Source: Macrostomum lignano
Lineage: Eukaryota
Reading direction: 5' to 3'
DNA: 64,000 bases
Assembly (NCBI GenBank): GCA_002269645.1
Contig: NIVC01000027.1
Coordinates: 941,600 to 1,005,599 of the forward strand
A program made the translations under genes and the position numbers. This document shows positions 22,842 to 34,790 of this stretch, in pieces. The first letter of the stretch is position 1, and each line of letters opens with the position of its first letter. The notes under the pieces were generated by a model. The model was not told where the DNA came from. It saw only the letters and a list, made by a program, of their open reading frames with translations, and searched no databases.

Positions 22842-25695
22842 TCACAGAGAGCTGCTCTCCCTGCTAATGTCGTCATACTGGGGCGGGTTGGCCCGGGAGC
22901 CGGACGGGGCGCTCACGATGGCCACCGTGGTGTCTCCGCCGTAGCCTGACAATTTTCGGCAAAAAAATTTCACAGCCAATGTTCCATTAAAATACTTTTA
23001 GTAGAGGTTAAGCATTTTATGTAATAATTAGTGTAATAACACTTTTATAACCTACCTTGGCGCTTAGAGTTGGCTTGATTGAAGTCCGAGAGCCCTTCAA
23101 GATTCTCTTTTGCGGGCTGAAAATGGAAGAAATTCGGCTACAGATTAATGAAATTGTCTTTTTTTAAAATTTGAATATCCACTTTAATGTTGAAATTATT
23201 AGAGATCTACTTTAGAGAACTAAGAGAAGAAACATGAAAAGGTAGTCATGCAGCTAAGATCGCGCAAAAGTAGGGATGGGAGATGCTAAATAGTAAAATT
23301 TACACTGACAGACAGACAGAAGTCAACTCGCTAAAAGACTTGAAAAATCAGTTTACTAAAATTTCTCGCGTTCATTTCTTGTGCATTACGAGCGCATTGC
23401 TTGAAATTTCACTGCCCCAAAAGTTACATATAGAAAAGTTTCAGGTACGTGTCCGAATATAGACTGTCCGAAGATTTGAGTGTCCAAAGTGTCCGAAGAT
23501 GGAGTATCCAGAGATTGATATTGTTCGAAGATGGATAGTGTCCGAAGATTGATAGTGTCTGGAGATTGATAGAGTCCAAAGATTGATAGTGTCCGAAGAT
23601 TGATAGTGTCCGAAGATGGAGTGTCCAAATATTAGAAGCGTCCAAATATTGAAAGTGTTCGAAGTATCCGAAGATTGATAGTGCACGGAGATTGATAGTG
23701 TCCGAAGATTGATAGTGTCCGAAGATTGATAGTGTCCGAAGATTGATAGTGTCTGGAGATTGATAGTGTCCGAAGATTGATAGTGTCCGAAGATTGATAT
23801 TTGATAGTGTCCGAAGATTGATAGTGTCTGGAGATTGATAGTGTCCAAAGATTGATAGTGTCCGAAGACTGATAGTGTCCGAAGACTGATAGTGTCCGAA
23901 GATTGATAGTGTCCAAAGATTGATAGTGTCCGAAGATTGATAGTGTCCGAAGATTGATAGTGTCCGAAGACTGATAGTGTCCGAAGATTGATAGTGTCCA
24001 AAGATTGATAGTGTCCGAAGATTGATAGTGTCCAAAGATTGATAGTGTCCGAAGACTGATAGTGTCCAAAGATTGATAGTGTCCGAAGATGGAGTGTCCA
24101 AATATTAGAAGCGTCCAAAGATTGAAAGTGTCCGAAGTATTCGAAGATTGATAGTGTCCGAAGATTGATAGTTCCGAAGATCCGAAAAAAGATGGAATAT
24201 CTGAAGATTAATAGTATCCGAAGATGAAGCTTGCAAATGCAGCATTTGTATTGGAAGATTAGGTGTCCAAAAATTCATGTTTGAGCTTGCAAAATCTGTC
24301 AACACAGACGTGCCCAAGTATGTCCAATTACGCAACGGCTGCAAACCAATTTTGACCAGGTGAACACACGTAAGAGACGAATGCAAAACTGACACCATAC
24401 AATAGGCCATTGATGAAAAAAAGAATCTATTAAACGTAAAACATCGCAATTGGCACATATTACAATTAATCAATAAATAAAATTTATAACAGCATCAAGT
24501 ACGTACGTCAAATAACTACTTTACATGACTTACCCGAAACTGGCGTAGCTAAAATATTTGAAGCATGGAATAAATATGAACAACTGAATCCAGCAAGGAA
24601 GCGCATTATTCTACTAACTAAATAATAATTAAGTAGCATCTGTCGAAAACCAGTGATAATACGCGCAAGTTTCAGTATATTCGATGCAGAAAAAAATGTT
24701 AGCGTTAGAAATCACACCGCAGATGGATCTAGAATTCGGGTTCTGGGATTTGAGATTTAAGATCAGGTTTCTGGGATTTCGGATCCAGAATTTATTATCT
24801 GGAAACTGGGATTTAAGATCCAGAATTTGGGATCTGGGATCTAGAATTTGGGATATAGGATCTGAGATTTTGGATCTAAAATTAGGACTCTTGGATTTGG
24901 GATCTAGAATTTGGGATTTGGGATTTAGGATCTAAGATTTAGGTTATGTGATCTGGAATTTGTATATGGGATATAGGAGCTGGAATCTAGGATATAGGGT
25001 TTGGGATCAAGGATCTGGGATCAAGGATTTGGGATCAAGGATCTGGGATCAAGGATTTGGATCAATGATCTGGGATCAAGGATCTGGGATCAAGGATCGG
25101 GGATCTGGGATATGGGATCTAGAATATGGGATCTGGGATTGGAGATTTATAATCAAATAACCTCACAAATAAGTCTGTGACAAGGTCATGAAAGAAATAA
25201 TACCGAGTCAGGAGGAGTTTTTGAAAAGCAAGCCATGCTTAAATTAACAAAAAAAACAAGCTCACCAGGTGCGCCCGGCCCTCTTTCACTTCTTCGTCGT
25301 GTCGTCGATGACCGCGACGTCGACCGCGCCGTTTCGGGCAGCAGCCGGAGGCGCCGTCAGCGCCGTCATCCTCGCCAAGTGCCGCCGCGGCGTCCGCCTC
25401 CTCAGCCTCTTCGTCGTCTCGCGGGCTGAAGTCGAAATCGTTGTTGCCGCCGGAGCTTCTGGAGACGGCGTTGCGGCCAGCGACTGCCGCTGCAGCAGCA
25501 TGGTCGCTTGAGCAGTTGCCGCCCGCGCTGCTGCCGCCGCTGATGAGGCGGCCGGACCTGGCACCGAGCCGATGGGGCTGAAGGTGGTCGATTTCCACGA
25601 ATTCACGGTCCTGCGGAGAGGTGGTGGGCTGGCTGGCTGACACAGACAGAAAGACAGACAGACAGACAGATAGACAGACAGACAGACAGGCAGAC

Positions 25696-25748
<53 letters not shown>

Positions 25749-25751
25749 CTA

Positions 25752-25788
<37 letters not shown>

Positions 25789-25791
25789 CTA

Positions 25792-25877
<86 letters not shown>

Positions 25878-25879
25878 TC

Positions 25880-25912
<33 letters not shown>

Positions 25913-25915
25913 CTA

Positions 25916-26008
<93 letters not shown>

Positions 26009-29000
26009 GGCACACAGACAGATACTAAGACAGACAGACAGACAGACAAACAGACAGGCACCAACCGTAGTCCGCTCCAAGCAGGTGAGCAGGTGATGGT
26101 GCTGCAGCTCGAACACGTCCGTTTCGTCCGGCAGCTCCAGCTGTCCGCCTTGGCCGTCAGCATCGGATGAGGCGGCAGCGGCGGCCTGCAGCAGCTCTGC
26201 GTGGGCGCGGCGGCGCTCCTCCGCGCGCTTCTTGCTGCTGATAAACGCGGCGCCGGAGGCATTTTTGGCCATTTTGATTCGCGCCAAGCGAGCCTTCTGC
26301 AGTGGCGGGGGGGGGGGGGGTTGAACAGACTCGGGGAGTGACTCGCCAACACTTGCTCACAGAGGGTGTACAGCGGCACAGGACTTTCTAATCGTTAGAC
26401 ATGTACACTCTCTGTACCTTGGGGTTCCCAAATGAGTGTAAGATATATCTCCAGAATGCGAGAATTCTCTTACCTTCTGAGCTTTCCGCTTATCCGCTCG
26501 CTGATTCTGATGGTAAATTCTTGAGAAGCTGCTCACTATGACCGGGACTGGCAGGGCTATGACCAGAACGCCAGATAATGAGCAGATGCCGCCAACGATT
26601 TTGCCTACGATGGTCATTGGGACCATATCGCCGTACCTGCGGGCGGCGGGAGAATGCAAATTACTGCGGATGAAGGGGGCGGATGGCTGATGAAGGGGGC
26701 GAATAGATGATGAAGGGGCGGATAGATGATGAAGGGGCGAATAGATGATGAAGGGGGCGAATAGAAGATGAAGGGGGCGAATAGATGATGAAGGGGGCGA
26801 ATAGATGATGAAGGGGCGAATAGATGATGAAGGGGCGAATAGATGATGAAGGGGCGAATAGATGATGAAGGGGGCGAATAGATGATGAAGGGGGCGAATA
26901 GATGATGAAGGGGGCAGATGGCTGATGAAGGGGCGGGTGGCTGATGAAGGGGCGGGTGGCTGAGGAAGGGGGAAGATGGCTGATGAAGGGGCCGATAGAC
27001 GATGAAGAGGGCGGATAGATGATGAAGGGGGCGGATAGATGATAAAGGGGCCGATAGACGATGAAGAGGGCAGATAGATGATGAAGGGGGCGGATAGACG
27101 ATGAAGAGGGCAGATAGATGATGAAGGGGGCGGATAGACGATGAAGAGGGCAGATAGATGATGAAGGGGCGGATAGATGATGAAGGGGGCGGATAGATGA
27201 TGAAGGGGCGGATGATCGGTGGCAGGGGGTAGAAGGCTGAAAAGCACACCTAAAATCCTGCAATTATGAAGAACTACATTTTAAAAATAGTATTGTTGAT
27301 GATAAAATATTTTGAGTGACAGTTGACCCTACCCGAGTGCAAGTTGCCCCGCAAAATTCATACTCTTAGATAACATCATTTTAGCGCGGATTCCCCAATC
27401 AGCCTCTCTCTATGCACACACATATCAATCCATAAATTTCAGCCATTCTCAAATCCCTCGCCAGTTTACAACATCGGAAGCAGAGCTCCGACTCGGAGCC
27501 GTAAAACTGGGAGAAATAGAGACACAAAATCGATGCCAGAAGATATTTTCAACGGGCCCGGAGCTTGGCCTGAGTGCAGCGCTACAGAGTGGATAGGATG
27601 CTTTGAGACTGCTCATCAAGCATTTTTATCTCCCAGGCTAGCTCGAATCATCCTCTCCCCCACTCCAGCTCCCAGAGAAAATCGTCGGCATTGATTTATT
27701 GACAATTTTTAACTTTGCTTGGCCAGCCAGTCAGTAAAACTAGGTCAAGATACAAAACACGCCAGCTACTGAAGCCACGTGTACTTAACTGGTCATCAAA
27801 AAAGTGCGCTATAGGCTACATAAGCAGGCTAAGCCGCTGTGTTAAATCTCTATGGACTGAGCGCTGACCAAGGGTCGCGTACACGAAGCTTGGAAGTGAA
27901 GCCTGAAAGACCGACAGCAATAAATACGCTCGTAGAGGGTGAAAGAGAGGCAAATGGAAACAAGACTGTTTACACAGAGGGGACCGCAGGGAAGGCATGC
28001 GAAAGGCGGGGCGGTGAGGGCGCAGACGCAGGGAGGGAGTGTAACAGTGTAAACTGGGATACAAAAGACGAGACGGAGATAGGGAAGAGGCAGAGAGGGA
28101 GAGTGGAGACAGGCAGAGAGAGGGAGATGAACAATGGACAACAGATGGACAACAGCACAACGAAACGAGCAGCAGAGTGTGGGAAGAAATGGTGAGTGTG
28201 GGAAGAAACGGGGAGTGTGGGAAGAAACGGTGAGTGTGGGAAGAAACGGGGAGTGTGGGAAGAAACGGTGAGTGTGGGAAGAAACGGGGAGTGTGGGAAG
28301 AAACGGGGAGTGTGGGAAGAAACGGTGAGTGTGGGAAGAAACGGTGAGTTTGGGAAGAAACGGGGAGTGTGGGAAGAAACGGGGAGTGTGGGGAGAAATG
28401 GGGGGGAGAGTGTGGAGGGAAACGGGAGGAGTGTGGAGAGAAACGGGGAGTGTGGGAAGAAACGGGGAGTGTGGGAAGAAACGGTGAGTGTGGGAAGAAA
28501 CGGTGAGTTTGGGAAGAAACGGGGAGTGTGGGAAGAAACGGGGAGTGTGGGGAGAAATGGGGGGGGGAGAGTGTGGAGGGAAACGGGAGGAGTGTGGAGA
28601 GAAACGGAAGGGTGTGAGAGTGACACTGAGACAGAATCAGAAAAACATCGGGATGAAGAGGCAGGGCAGAGGAGCGCAGAGCGAACGAGCTCAGACAAGA
28701 GAAGAGAAAAGCTTGGCCATCGAAGCGGAATTCGGGCAGTAATCGCGCAGATAAGAATAATTAAAAGCCAGCTGAGCTCGCACTGCAGTTTGACCACACA
28801 GCTGCCCACAGACAAATAAGACACTTTAATCAAGCTAATGGGTTTAATAACTGAGTCAGAAAGCGGCCAGGACTGGGACTAAATAACCCCCCCCCCGTTG
28901 AGCAAACCTACTAATTTATCGGCTCCCTATAGATAAAAAGAAATTTCTGCCGATATCAAAGAGAGACTTTAAAAGCAACGAAAGCAGGCAGACGGGCAAG

Positions 29001-32000
29001 TCTGGAGAGGTAAAAGTACAGCTGGTTTGCCTCAGTGTGGCAAAAAGAATTCTATTTGATATCAAAGTACACTATCTGTATACTGTATCAGTACAGAGGT
29101 AGAACCAGTCTACTGCCCATGCATCTGGGCTGGCTGTAGCAACTGTAAATAAACTGAGCCTGCAGTTTGAAGAGCTTGGAAAGTCAGTAGCTTAGCTATT
29201 TATAGGGTCCGACAATTTGTGTAGTATGATTGTCAATAACTTGATAATTTCTCTGTAGTTTGATTGTCAATAACTTCTGACACTTTCTCTGTAGTTTGAT
29301 TGTCAATAACTTCTGACACTTTCTCTGTAGTTTGATTGTCAATAACTTCTGACAATTTCTCTGTAGTTTGATTGTCAATAACTTCTGACAATTTCTCTGT
29401 AGTTTGATTGTCAATAACTTCTGACAATTTCTCTGTAGTTTGATTGTCAATAACTTCTGACGCTTTCTGTAGTATGATTGCCAATAACTTCTGACAATTT
29501 CTGTAGTATGATTGTCAATAACTTCTGACGCTTTCTGTAGTTTGATTGTCAATAACTTCTGACGCTTTCTGTAGTATGATTGCCAATAACTTCTGACAAT
29601 TTCTGTAGTATGATTGTCAATAACTTCTGACGCTTTCTGTAGTTTGATTGTCAATAACTTCTGACGCTTTCTGTAGTATGATTGCCAATAACTTCTGACA
29701 ATTTCTGTAGTATGATTGTCAATAACTTCTGACGCTTTCTGTAGTTTGATTGTCAATAACTTCTGACGCTTTCTGTAGTATGATTGCCAATAACTTCTGA
29801 CAATTTCTGTAGTATGATTGTCAATAACTTCTGACGCTTTCTGTAGTTTGATTGTCAATAAATTCTGACACTTTCTCTGTAGTTTGATTGTCAATAAATT
29901 CTGACACTTTCTGTAGTATGATTGCCAATAACTTCTGACGCTTTCTGTAGTTTGATTGTCAATAAATTCTGACACTTTCTGTAGTATGATTGCCAATAAC
30001 TTCTGACGCTTTCTGTAGTTTGATTGTCAATAAATTCTGATAATTTCTGTAGTATGATTGTCAATAAAGTCTGACACTTTCTGTAGTTTAATATTGTCAA
30101 AAAGTCTGACAGCCACAAGTGATAGAACCATATTCAGGCTGTCTGATAAAAGATAGGCATCACAGAGGGAAACTGTTAGGTTGGACAGGTAAATGCAGAA
30201 AAGAAAAAAGAAAAAACTGCGTTCATTTGCAGCCGCCCAGTAAAGGACCGAGCCAGTAATCCCCCATTCCGCTATGCTACTATGCCAGTCCAGCACTAGA
30301 CCCAGCAGCAGCAGCAGTAGTTGACGTTACGCTGAAGAACTCCTGAAGAAATGCGCAGGCAAAATGCCACCCAAGCCTGCGAATCCCCAAGGCAAACTGG
30401 TTGCTATGGCGAATGTCCCACGGCGAGGCTGACGGGTGGGCTGCTGGCGGATTGCTGCGTATGAATGCCTTCTTGTAGGATTTTTTATCCCTTTCTGACT
30501 GATACACAAATGGGGTCAAAACTTTTTCGCAAGGATAGATTAGCAATCCACTATATCTTCTGTAGCATAGATTAGCAATCCACTGCATCCTCAGTAGCAT
30601 AGATTAGCAATCCACTACATCCTCAGTAGCATAGATTAGCAATCCACTACATCCTCAGTAGCATAGATTAGCAATCCACTAACTAAATCCTCAGTAGCAT
30701 AGATTAGCAATCCACTATATCCTCAGCAGCATAGATTAGCAATCCACTGCATCCTCAGCAGCATAGATTAGCAATCCACTGCATCCTCAGTAGCATAGAT
30801 TAGCAATCCACTGCATCCTCAGTAGCATAGATTAGCAATCCACTACATCCTCAGCAGCATAGATTAGAAATCCACTACATCCTCAGTAGCATAGATTAGC
30901 AATCCACTACATCCTTAGAAGGATAGATTAGCAATCCACTACATCCTTAGCAGCATAGATTAGCAATCCACTACATCCTTAGAAGGATAGATTAGCAATC
31001 CACTACATCCTTAGAAGGATAGATTAGCAATCCACTACATCCTTAGAAGGATAGATTAGCAATCCACTACATTCTCAGTAGCATAGATTAGCAATCCACT
31101 ACATCCTTAGAAGGATAGATTAGCAATCCACTGCATCCTCAGTAGCATAGATTAGCAATCCACTACATCCTTAGAAGGATAGATTAGCAATCCACTACAT
31201 CCTTAGAAGGATAGATTAGCAATCCACTACATCCTTAGAAGGATAGATTAGCAATCCACTACATCCTTAGAAGGATAGATTAGCAATCCACTACATCCTA
31301 AGAAGGATAGATTAGCAATCCAGTATATCCTCAGTAGCATAGATTAGCAATCCACTACATCCTCAGTAGCATAGATTAGCAATCCACTATATCCTCAGCA
31401 GCATAGATTAGCAATCCACTATATCCTCAGCAGCATAGATTAGCAATCCACTACATCCTCAGTAGCATAGATTAGCAATCCACTACATCCTCAGTAGCAT
31501 AGATTAGCAATCCACTACATCCTCAGTAGCATAGATTAGCAATCCACTATATCCTCAGTAGCATAGATTAGCAATCCAGTATATCCTCAGCAGCATAGAT
31601 TAGCAATCCAATCCAATTAGAGTCACAAAAGGAACCGGAAACCAAAGTTTCAATTGAAGCGTGCAAACACGGACAAAACTGTTTGGGTTTATTGGCAAAG
31701 AAATGAACTGTAATAATAGTGCGACATTTACCACTAATGACTTAGCTGAGCCAACAGCCCACGCGCTATGCACACAGTTGGCGAGTGCACAGTGCTTATG
31801 GCAGTGGGCGCTGACCAGCACTGCCTCTCATTCAGCTGTTGCCTGCCGGGCGGAACAGCCGGATTGGACTTGCACTTTTTCTGCTAGGTTAAATCCTAGC
31901 GCATTGTGCCCGACTAATTGCGAAAGTGAAATGAATGAAAGGTAAAAAAAGAAATGCAGTTCACCTAAGCTTAAAGGCTAATAGATGATAATACCCATTG

Positions 32001-32250
32001 CTGCACTAGGAGGGCCTACTTTACAAACTAGGCAGGGCTTAAGCTCGAGACAGCCTCTCCGTAAAATGATTCCCTCTAATGGATCTTGCTAACTGGGTAG
32101 CCGAAGAAGCTAATGAACATTGTTGCTTTCAATTTTGCCTGGATTGCTTTTTTGGCCAGAATTCCAGAAATTCCGCCACGAAATTTGCTGCGGAGTTTCA
32201 CGTTTTCAAAAATACTGCTTCCTACAGTTTAACACTGATTGGGTAGGGCG

Positions 32251-32298
<48 letters not shown>

Positions 32299-34544
32299 GT
32301 CAGTCAGTCAGTCAGTCAGTCAGTCAGTCAGTCAGTCAGTCAGTCAGTCAGTCAGTCAGTCAGTCAGTCAGTCAGTCAGTCAGTCAGTCAGTCAGTCAGT
32401 CAGTCAGTCAGTCAGTCAGTCAGTCAGTCAGTCAGTCAGTCAGTCAGTCAGTCAGTCAGTCAGTCCCCAGCTGAGCAGGATTAATTCACGCCAGGGCGGC
32501 AGAAGCAATCCGTGCATCCTGCATAAGAGAGACGGACAGGGAGAGGAAAGCGCATTGGGCATCGCTGAGAGCGGATAACCTGAGCAGCAATGGCATCAAA
32601 GCAGAGCAAGGCAGCTCACACTTTCCATATCCCCTCTTCACTCACCGTCAGCCCCCACACAGCTCGTATCGATCAAGATGGGCCACCCATCCCCAGCAGC
32701 AGCCCCTCTCTGGCCCTCCCGGATGCGCCACGCCACGTCCCCCACACCCACTCGTCCTTAACTGCGCCGGCCGGTGTGGAGAGGCCAAAAAGGTGAGAGG
32801 AGAGAAGAGCGGGATCAGATGAGCGAGCTGAGATAGCCGGCGAGAGAAATATGAGGGGGCCAGCAGATTAAAATGTGATCCATCCGCCTCTCCGCAGCAC
32901 TCGGGCGAGCTCATAAATCAGCAAAGCTTAAGCTGATTTTCTAGCGGGTAGGGGATTTGATCTAAAAAATTGGGGACTGCTCAAGGGAGCTGATGCTTCT
33001 TTATCTCTCTCTCTCTGCTCCCGACCCACCTTGCCCTTGAGAGAGTGCTCTAACTCACTCAACGCCTCGTGTTTCGTCTCTTACTCTCTCTCTCCCTCTC
33101 TCTCTGCTTTTGTCGCATCAATCCGAAGCTTGGGGATTAATCAGGGCGCTATCTGAGCTCCTGTCTACATCGAAAAACATGATCCCCCGCTGTCTGAGTG
33201 TGAGTGCGTGTATGTTGTCAAAAAGGCTCAGCACTGGCGACAGACACATTGGAAATCGGGTTCTGATTGAAATTCTGGAAAATCAGTATTTTTTTCTAAC
33301 GACAGATTCAATTTCTCGCATTTCGGACGGGTTTCAAAATTGAGGAGACAAGAGCGCTTCTGATCTGAAATGCATCCTGCACTGAGCGGTGCAAAAGCCA
33401 ATAGCGTGTGTCACACTTGCATCTGTGAGACTCACCCAAGCGTTGTCATGGTAACGATTGTATACCAAAACGCAGCCGGAATTGACACAAATGTAGTCTT
33501 CGGCTGGTTCTTCTCGGCGTAGTACATGATAGTGGCGAATATGATGACAGCCATGGTCATTGAGAATAGCAGGAAGCCCAGCTCAGACACGCAGGACTTC
33601 AACGTGTAGCCCAGAATTCTTAAACCCATCGAGTGCCGAGAGAATTTAAAAATACGAAACACTCGGAACACTCGCAGCGTAACGAACGCGCCGCTCAGGT
33701 CTTTGTTATCCGGCATGAACAGGCCGATGTAATACGGCAGGATGGCCACAATGTCAATGACGCTCATCACGGCCCGCATATGTTTCAACCGGTAGGGCGC
33801 AGCGTAGAACCTCGCACCGTACTCGACAGTGAAGATTAGGACGCAGGCGGTGTCCAAGCAGAAGAATGCCTGATTAAATTTGTCACCGCAAGCCGGGTTA
33901 GTTAGGGTGCCAGGCACAATGCCGCAGGGAATGGTCTCCAGTACGTTAGCCAGCACCGACAGTGCTATGAAGAATCCTGTCACGTAGTAAATCACTAGCG
34001 CTGTAGTTGAAGACTGCGGATTTTCGAACGCGCACCACAGCTTCTCTCGCATGGTAGTGTTTGGCATCTTGTTCTCCGTATCGGAGTCTTTGTCGTCCAT
34101 TAGTCGCTCGTTGTTCTCGCGCTTCTTATCGCGATACTCCTCGTAGCAGCAGTCGCCCATGATGTCCGGCATGATGCCGAAGAACGCCAGCTCTTCGTCG
34201 TAGGCCGTGATGCACTCGTGCTTCGGGCAGTGCAGCTTGCCAGTGCGGTAGTAGGCCAGGATGTGACGGAACAGGTCCGGGTCTCGGTCAAAGAAGTACT
34301 GCTTGCTGTCATCGTCGTAGAAGTACTCCTTCTCGTCGCTGCCAAGCAGAGTGTCCGGATATTTTTCCAGTGTGTTGCGCCATGTGACGAATTTTCGGCC
34401 GGACACGCTGATGATCAGCTTCTCGTCCGACTTGCCGCAGTCGCGACCGCGCACCGGCGGAGGCGGCATCGGGCCCTGGGCTACCGGCACCCAGCCGATG
34501 GCCGCTGCTCGGGCGAATGGCAGCCAAGCGGCCACGGCTGCCAT
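22842..34544 (-). CDS. Shal: Voltage-gated K+ channel Kv4 (Shal/KCND), 670 aa, 6 coding exons
   Basis: Exons 34544-33436, 26636-26474, 26296-26066, 25610-25266, 23116-23056 and 22945-22842 are all GT-AG and phase-consistent. Motifs: [19 protein letters not shown]-terminus, T1 with H-x5-C-x20-CC, S4 [19 protein letters not shown]|YGD pore split by the conserved intron, PVPV, and [12 protein letters not shown]|DREF. Confidence 0.97.
23455..24180. repeat. 17-bp minisatellite (GTGTCCGAAGATTGATA) in a Kv4 intron
   Basis: Tandem units; 17-aa period in the ORF track. Confidence 0.96.
24740..25145. repeat. Heptamer array of the same GGGATCT/GGGATTT type as 21830-22700
   Basis: 7-nt periodicity and the same unit variants. 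Confidence 0.88.
25641..26058. repeat. Interrupted (GACA)n microsatellite filling Kv4 intron 3
   Basis: It spans nearly the entire intron 25611-26065, with CACTAA, AAAC, GATA and GGCA interruptions. Confidence 0.97.
26360..26430 (-). mobile_element. Fragment of the same tRNA-derived SINE family, in Kv4 intron 2
   Basis: GTGTACAGCGGC...ATCGTTAGACATGTACACT...CCTTGGGG matches 15998-16058. Confidence 0.55.
26665..27215. repeat. 19-20-bp minisatellite (GAATAGATGATGAAGGGGGC) next to the Kv4 intron-1 acceptor
   Basis: Tandem units ending ~25 nt from the CAG acceptor at 26637-26639. Confidence 0.95.
28185..28610. repeat. 19-bp minisatellite (GAGTGTGGGAAGAAACGGG/T)
   Basis: Tandem purine-rich units. 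Confidence 0.93.
29215..30092. repeat. 34-36-bp minisatellite (CTGTAGTTTGATTGTCAATAACTTCTGACACTTTCT)
   Basis: Tandem units with alternating variants. Confidence 0.96.
30525..31612. repeat. 32-bp minisatellite (GCATAGATTAGCAATCCACTACATCCTCAGTA), ~34 copies
   Basis: Tandem units; a central block carries the CCTTAGAAGGATAG variant. Confidence 0.97.
32250..32464. repeat. Compound (GACA)n(GTCA)n microsatellite
   Basis: Read directly. Confidence 0.97.
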
Positions 34545-34574
34545 GTTGGCTGGTCAGGGATCGGGTCTTACTAT

Positions 34575-34790
34575 GCCTTCGATAGCGTCTGGTTTCGGAG
34601 CGTTTAAACCTTCGATAGCGTCAGGTTTCGGAGCTCGTCTACGCCTTCGATAGCGTCAAGTTTTGGAGCGTTTACACCTTCGATAGCGTCAGGTTTCGGA
34701 GCGTTTAAACCTTCGATAGCGTCAAGTTTTGGAGCGTTTACACCTTCGACAGCGTCAGGTTTCGGAGCGTTTACGCCTTTGATAGCGTTG
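34575..34790. repeat. 32-33-bp minisatellite (TTCGATAGCGTCAGGTTTCGGAGCGTTTAAACC), ~7 copies, just upstream of the Kv4 ATG
   Basis: Tandem units. A CAG acceptor 5 nt before the ATG suggests they lie in a 5'UTR intron. Confidence 0.9.

Noticed and set aside
25286-26379. SVCL-repeat ORFs (also 43323-43820 and 32120-32578)
   Set aside because: They are read-through of (TCTG)n/(GTCA)n microsatellite introns; the true exons are accounted for in the spliced models.
30525-31612. CRISPR-like appearance of 32-36-bp repeats (also 29215-30092 and 6015-6388)
   Set aside because: The units are directly adjacent with no unique spacers, there are no cas genes, and the context is eukaryotic.
33442-33455. 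Perfect RFX X-box GTTGTCATGGTAAC
   Set aside because: It lies in Kv4 coding sequence and is forced by the conserved VTMTT pore-helix codons. Similar matches in the PAN genes encode CYHAN.
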